DNA of 24,000 nt from Candidatus Saccharimonadales bacterium. Lineage in GTDB: Bacteria > Patescibacteriota > Saccharimonadia > Saccharimonadales > CAIOMD01. A program made the position numbers and the translations under genes. The notes under the pieces are model-generated. The model worked only from the letters and a program-made list of their open reading frames with translations, searched no databases and was not told where the DNA came from. Of this stretch, positions 22,596 to 24,000 are shown piece after piece (positions within the stretch are counted from its first letter, which is position 1; each line of letters begins with the position of its first letter). The stretch covers positions 1-24,000 of the forward strand of contig JBBRSL010000006.1 in assembly GCA_038245435.1 (NCBI GenBank), given 5' to 3'.

Positions 22596-23594
22596 ATGAG
22601 AATAAAGCCAACAATCCAAAGTTCGACACTTCTGTTTAATGAACTAAAGTTGTTAGGATATGATGTAAAGCATATCGCTGCAGAAAATAATGTTACTGAG
22701 CGTACGGTTCGCGATTGGCGACGGGGTGCTCATTCTATTTCCCAGGAAGTATTTGAGCGGCTTGTGGTCTTATCTGGACTGCCGATAGATACGATCCACT
22801 ACGACATAGTCGATGAGATAGCCCAAAAGAGTAAAGCTGGTAGATTTGGCTTTGCATCACAAAAACAAAAATATGGCGAAATTGCGACAAATGAAAGCAG
22901 ATCCAAGGGCGGTCATTCGTCTTATCGTTCCCGAAGTGGAAATCCGGCTGATATTTTTACGAGAAGTGTAATAAAAAAACCAAAAGTTAACACTATGCTT
23001 GCAGAATTTGTTGGAATTATGATTGGCGATGGTAACATTGCGCCATATCAGGCTTCGGTATCGGTGAATATGACTGATGATGCAGAGTACGTACCATATA
23101 TCGCTCGACTATTCAGAGAGCTTTTTGGAGTAACTGTCACGGTAAGGAATCGGACCAATAAGAACTGCACTGTTATTGTTGTTTCGTCTGCTAATTTGGT
23201 TGATCACCTGGAATGCTTAGGCTTGCCCATCGGTGATAAAATAAGCCAAAAAATCTCAATACCGGAGTGGGTTAATAATGATCCAGAACTTTTATCTGCT
23301 TGTTTAAGGGGAATATTCGATACTGATGGTTGTATATTTCAAGAGAAACATAAGATAAAGGGTAAAATATATGCTTATCCGAGACTGTCATTTGTAAGTC
23401 ACTCGCCAGAGCTAATTACATCCATGGAAAGAGCCCTCCTGGGCCTTGGCTACGCCCCAAGAGTGCGTGGAGGCCGGAGGGTAAACCTAGAACATTTTAC
23501 AGATATAGAAAAATTCTTTAGAATAATCGGTAGTAGTAATCCAAAGCATCGTAAAAGATACAAGGACTTTATGGAGAGGTCGCATAGTGGTTGA
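22596..23594 (+). CDS. Free-standing LAGLIDADG-family homing endonuclease with an N-terminal HTH-like domain
   Basis: 332 aa with two LAGLIDADG motifs: FVGIMIGDGNI and LRGIFDTDGCI. The N-terminus DVKHIAAENNVTERTVRDWRRG looks HTH-like. A perfect TATAAT at 22583-22588 lies 7 nt before the ATG, and there is no SD. The last 22 nt, including stop TGA at 23592-23594, overlap the 5' end of tRNA-Ser(UGA). Confidence 0.85.
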   Translation: MRIKPTIQSSTLLFNELKLLGYDVKHIAAENNVTERTVRDWRRGAHSISQEVFERLVVLSGLPIDTIHYDIVDEIAQKSKAGRFGFASQKQKYGEIATNESRSKGGHSSYRSRSGNPADIFTRSVIKKPKVNTMLAEFVGIMIGDGNIAPYQASVSVNMTDDAEYVPYIARLFRELFGVTVTVRNRTNKNCTVIVVSSANLVDHLECLGLPIGDKISQKISIPEWVNNDPELLSACLRGIFDTDGCIFQEKHKIKGKIYAYPRLSFVSHSPELITSMERALLGLGYAPRVRGGRRVNLEHFTDIEKFFRIIGSSNPKHRKRYKDFMERSHSG

Positions 23595-23662
23595 GTGCCC
23601 CGGTCTTGAAAACCGGTAGGCCGGCAACGGTCTCGAGGGTTCGAATCCCTCCCTCTCCGCCA
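23573..23662 (+). tRNA. tRNA-Ser (anticodon UGA), class II, CCA encoded
   Basis: Hand-folded. The acceptor stem is GGAGAGG/CCTCTCC. The anticodon stem is CCGGT/ACCGG with loop CTTGAAA. It has a long variable arm. The T arm is GAGGG-TTCGAAT-CCCTC, with discriminator G and then CCA. Confidence 0.9.
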
Positions 23663-23680
23663 AACTACTACATCAGTAAA

Positions 23681-23703
23681 GCACCCAAAAAGGGTGTTTT
23701 TTG
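23681..23703 (+). terminator. Rho-independent terminator after tRNA-Ser(UGA)
   Basis: GCACCC (23681-23686), loop AAAAA, GGGTG(T), followed by a T-run TTTTTTGTTTG. Confidence 0.7.
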
Positions 23704-23746
23704 TTTGATGACATAACAAACCATAAGAGTGATACAATATTGGCAA

Positions 23747-24000
23747 ATGGATCCGCAAAATCAACAGCAACCACCACAAGTTTTTACGCCTGGCCAACAA
23801 CCTGCCTCTCCAGAACCACCTCAGCAGCCGATTGAACTACAGCCACCCGTTGCGCAACCTGTCGAACCACCCCAGCCTGCGGCTTCTGTCCCGCTTTCGT
23901 ATAATTCAGGCCAGCTCGAGCAACAACAAGCACCAGATTTTTCACAAGGAGTTGCAGAACCTTCGCATGGCGATGCTGTTAGTTGGACGGCATCTGAGTT
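23747..24000 (+). CDS. Hypothetical protein with a P/Q-rich N-terminus (5' part only, runs off the right edge)
   Basis: The frame is open from ATG 23747 to the window end. Hand translation gives MDPQNQQQPPQVFTPGQQPASPEPPQQPIELQPPVAQPVEPPQPAASVPLSYNSGQLEQQQAPDFSQGVAEPSHGDAVSWTASE. An extended -10 TGaTACAAT at 23730-23738 lies 8 nt before the ATG, and there is no SD. Confidence 0.55.
   Translation, partial: MDPQNQQQPPQVFTPGQQPASPEPPQQPIELQPPVAQPVEPPQPAASVPLSYNSGQLEQQQAPDFSQGVAEPSHGDAVSWTASE

Noticed and set aside
22377-22619. 80-aa minus-strand ORF, plus a longer start-less open frame on the minus strand through about 22200-22440
   Set aside because: Both run through the reverse complement of tRNA-Ser(GCU), giving the typical RRRDSNPR translation of a T-arm. 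The longer frame has no start codon. I considered a pseudogene remnant but found no recognisable family motif.
22404-23662. LAGLIDADG gene as part of a tRNA intron or group I intron
   Set aside because: Both flanking tRNA-Ser genes fold completely without interruption, and a terminator-like hairpin follows the first. I saw no obvious intron core pairing by eye. A formal covariance-model scan was not possible here.
23450-23800. 116-aa minus-strand ORF
   Set aside because: It is antisense to tRNA-Ser(UGA) and its terminator, again with the GRDSNPRD T-arm artefact. It is not a gene.
1-24000. Alternative genetic code (UGA as Gly or Trp, as in some CPR lineages and Mollicutes)
   Set aside because: TGA ends well-supported genes at sensible positions: the 290-aa protein at 13843-13845, the tandem pilin at 19968-19970 and the LAGLIDADG gene at 23592-23594. 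All conserved genes are intact under the standard code.

Overview
This window covers the replication-origin neighbourhood of a bacterium that uses the standard genetic code, since TGA terminates several well-supported genes. On the left, yidC (partial), rnpA and rpmH lie on the minus strand and dnaA, dnaN and recF on the plus strand. DnaA-box clusters flank dnaA on both sides. Just upstream of dnaN there is an unwinding module made of a tandem box pair, a GC cluster and a DnaA-trio run.

The main item of interest runs from about 5.7 to 21.4 kb. It is a compact type IV secretion-like locus of the Gram-positive style, built from two divergent units. The first is a roughly 13-kb minus-strand operon of tightly packed or overlapping genes:
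- a VirB6/TcpH-like polytopic protein
- a PrgI/VirB3-like protein
- a soluble protein resembling only the N-terminal domain of VirB4
- a VirB4 ATPase
- a 1206-aa membrane-anchored protein ending in two M23 peptidase domains
- a second wall-hydrolase-like protein with a papain-like Cys peptidase domain
- two small bitopic proteins

The second unit is a plus-strand array of five paralogous VirB2/TrbC-like pilin genes carrying six pilin domains, one gene being an internal tandem fusion. No relaxase, VirD4-type coupling protein, integrase or att-like boundary is visible in the window.

The right end holds an Hsp20 gene, two tRNA-Ser genes flanking a free-standing LAGLIDADG homing endonuclease gene, and the start of a P/Q-rich ORF. 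Several genes show leaderless-type promoter geometry. Two intergenic RNA-structure or repeat elements sit inside the secretion operon.

The gene content and style suggest a Patescibacteria/CPR (Saccharibacteria-like) genome. That is inference only. All family calls come from motifs read by eye, not from database searches.
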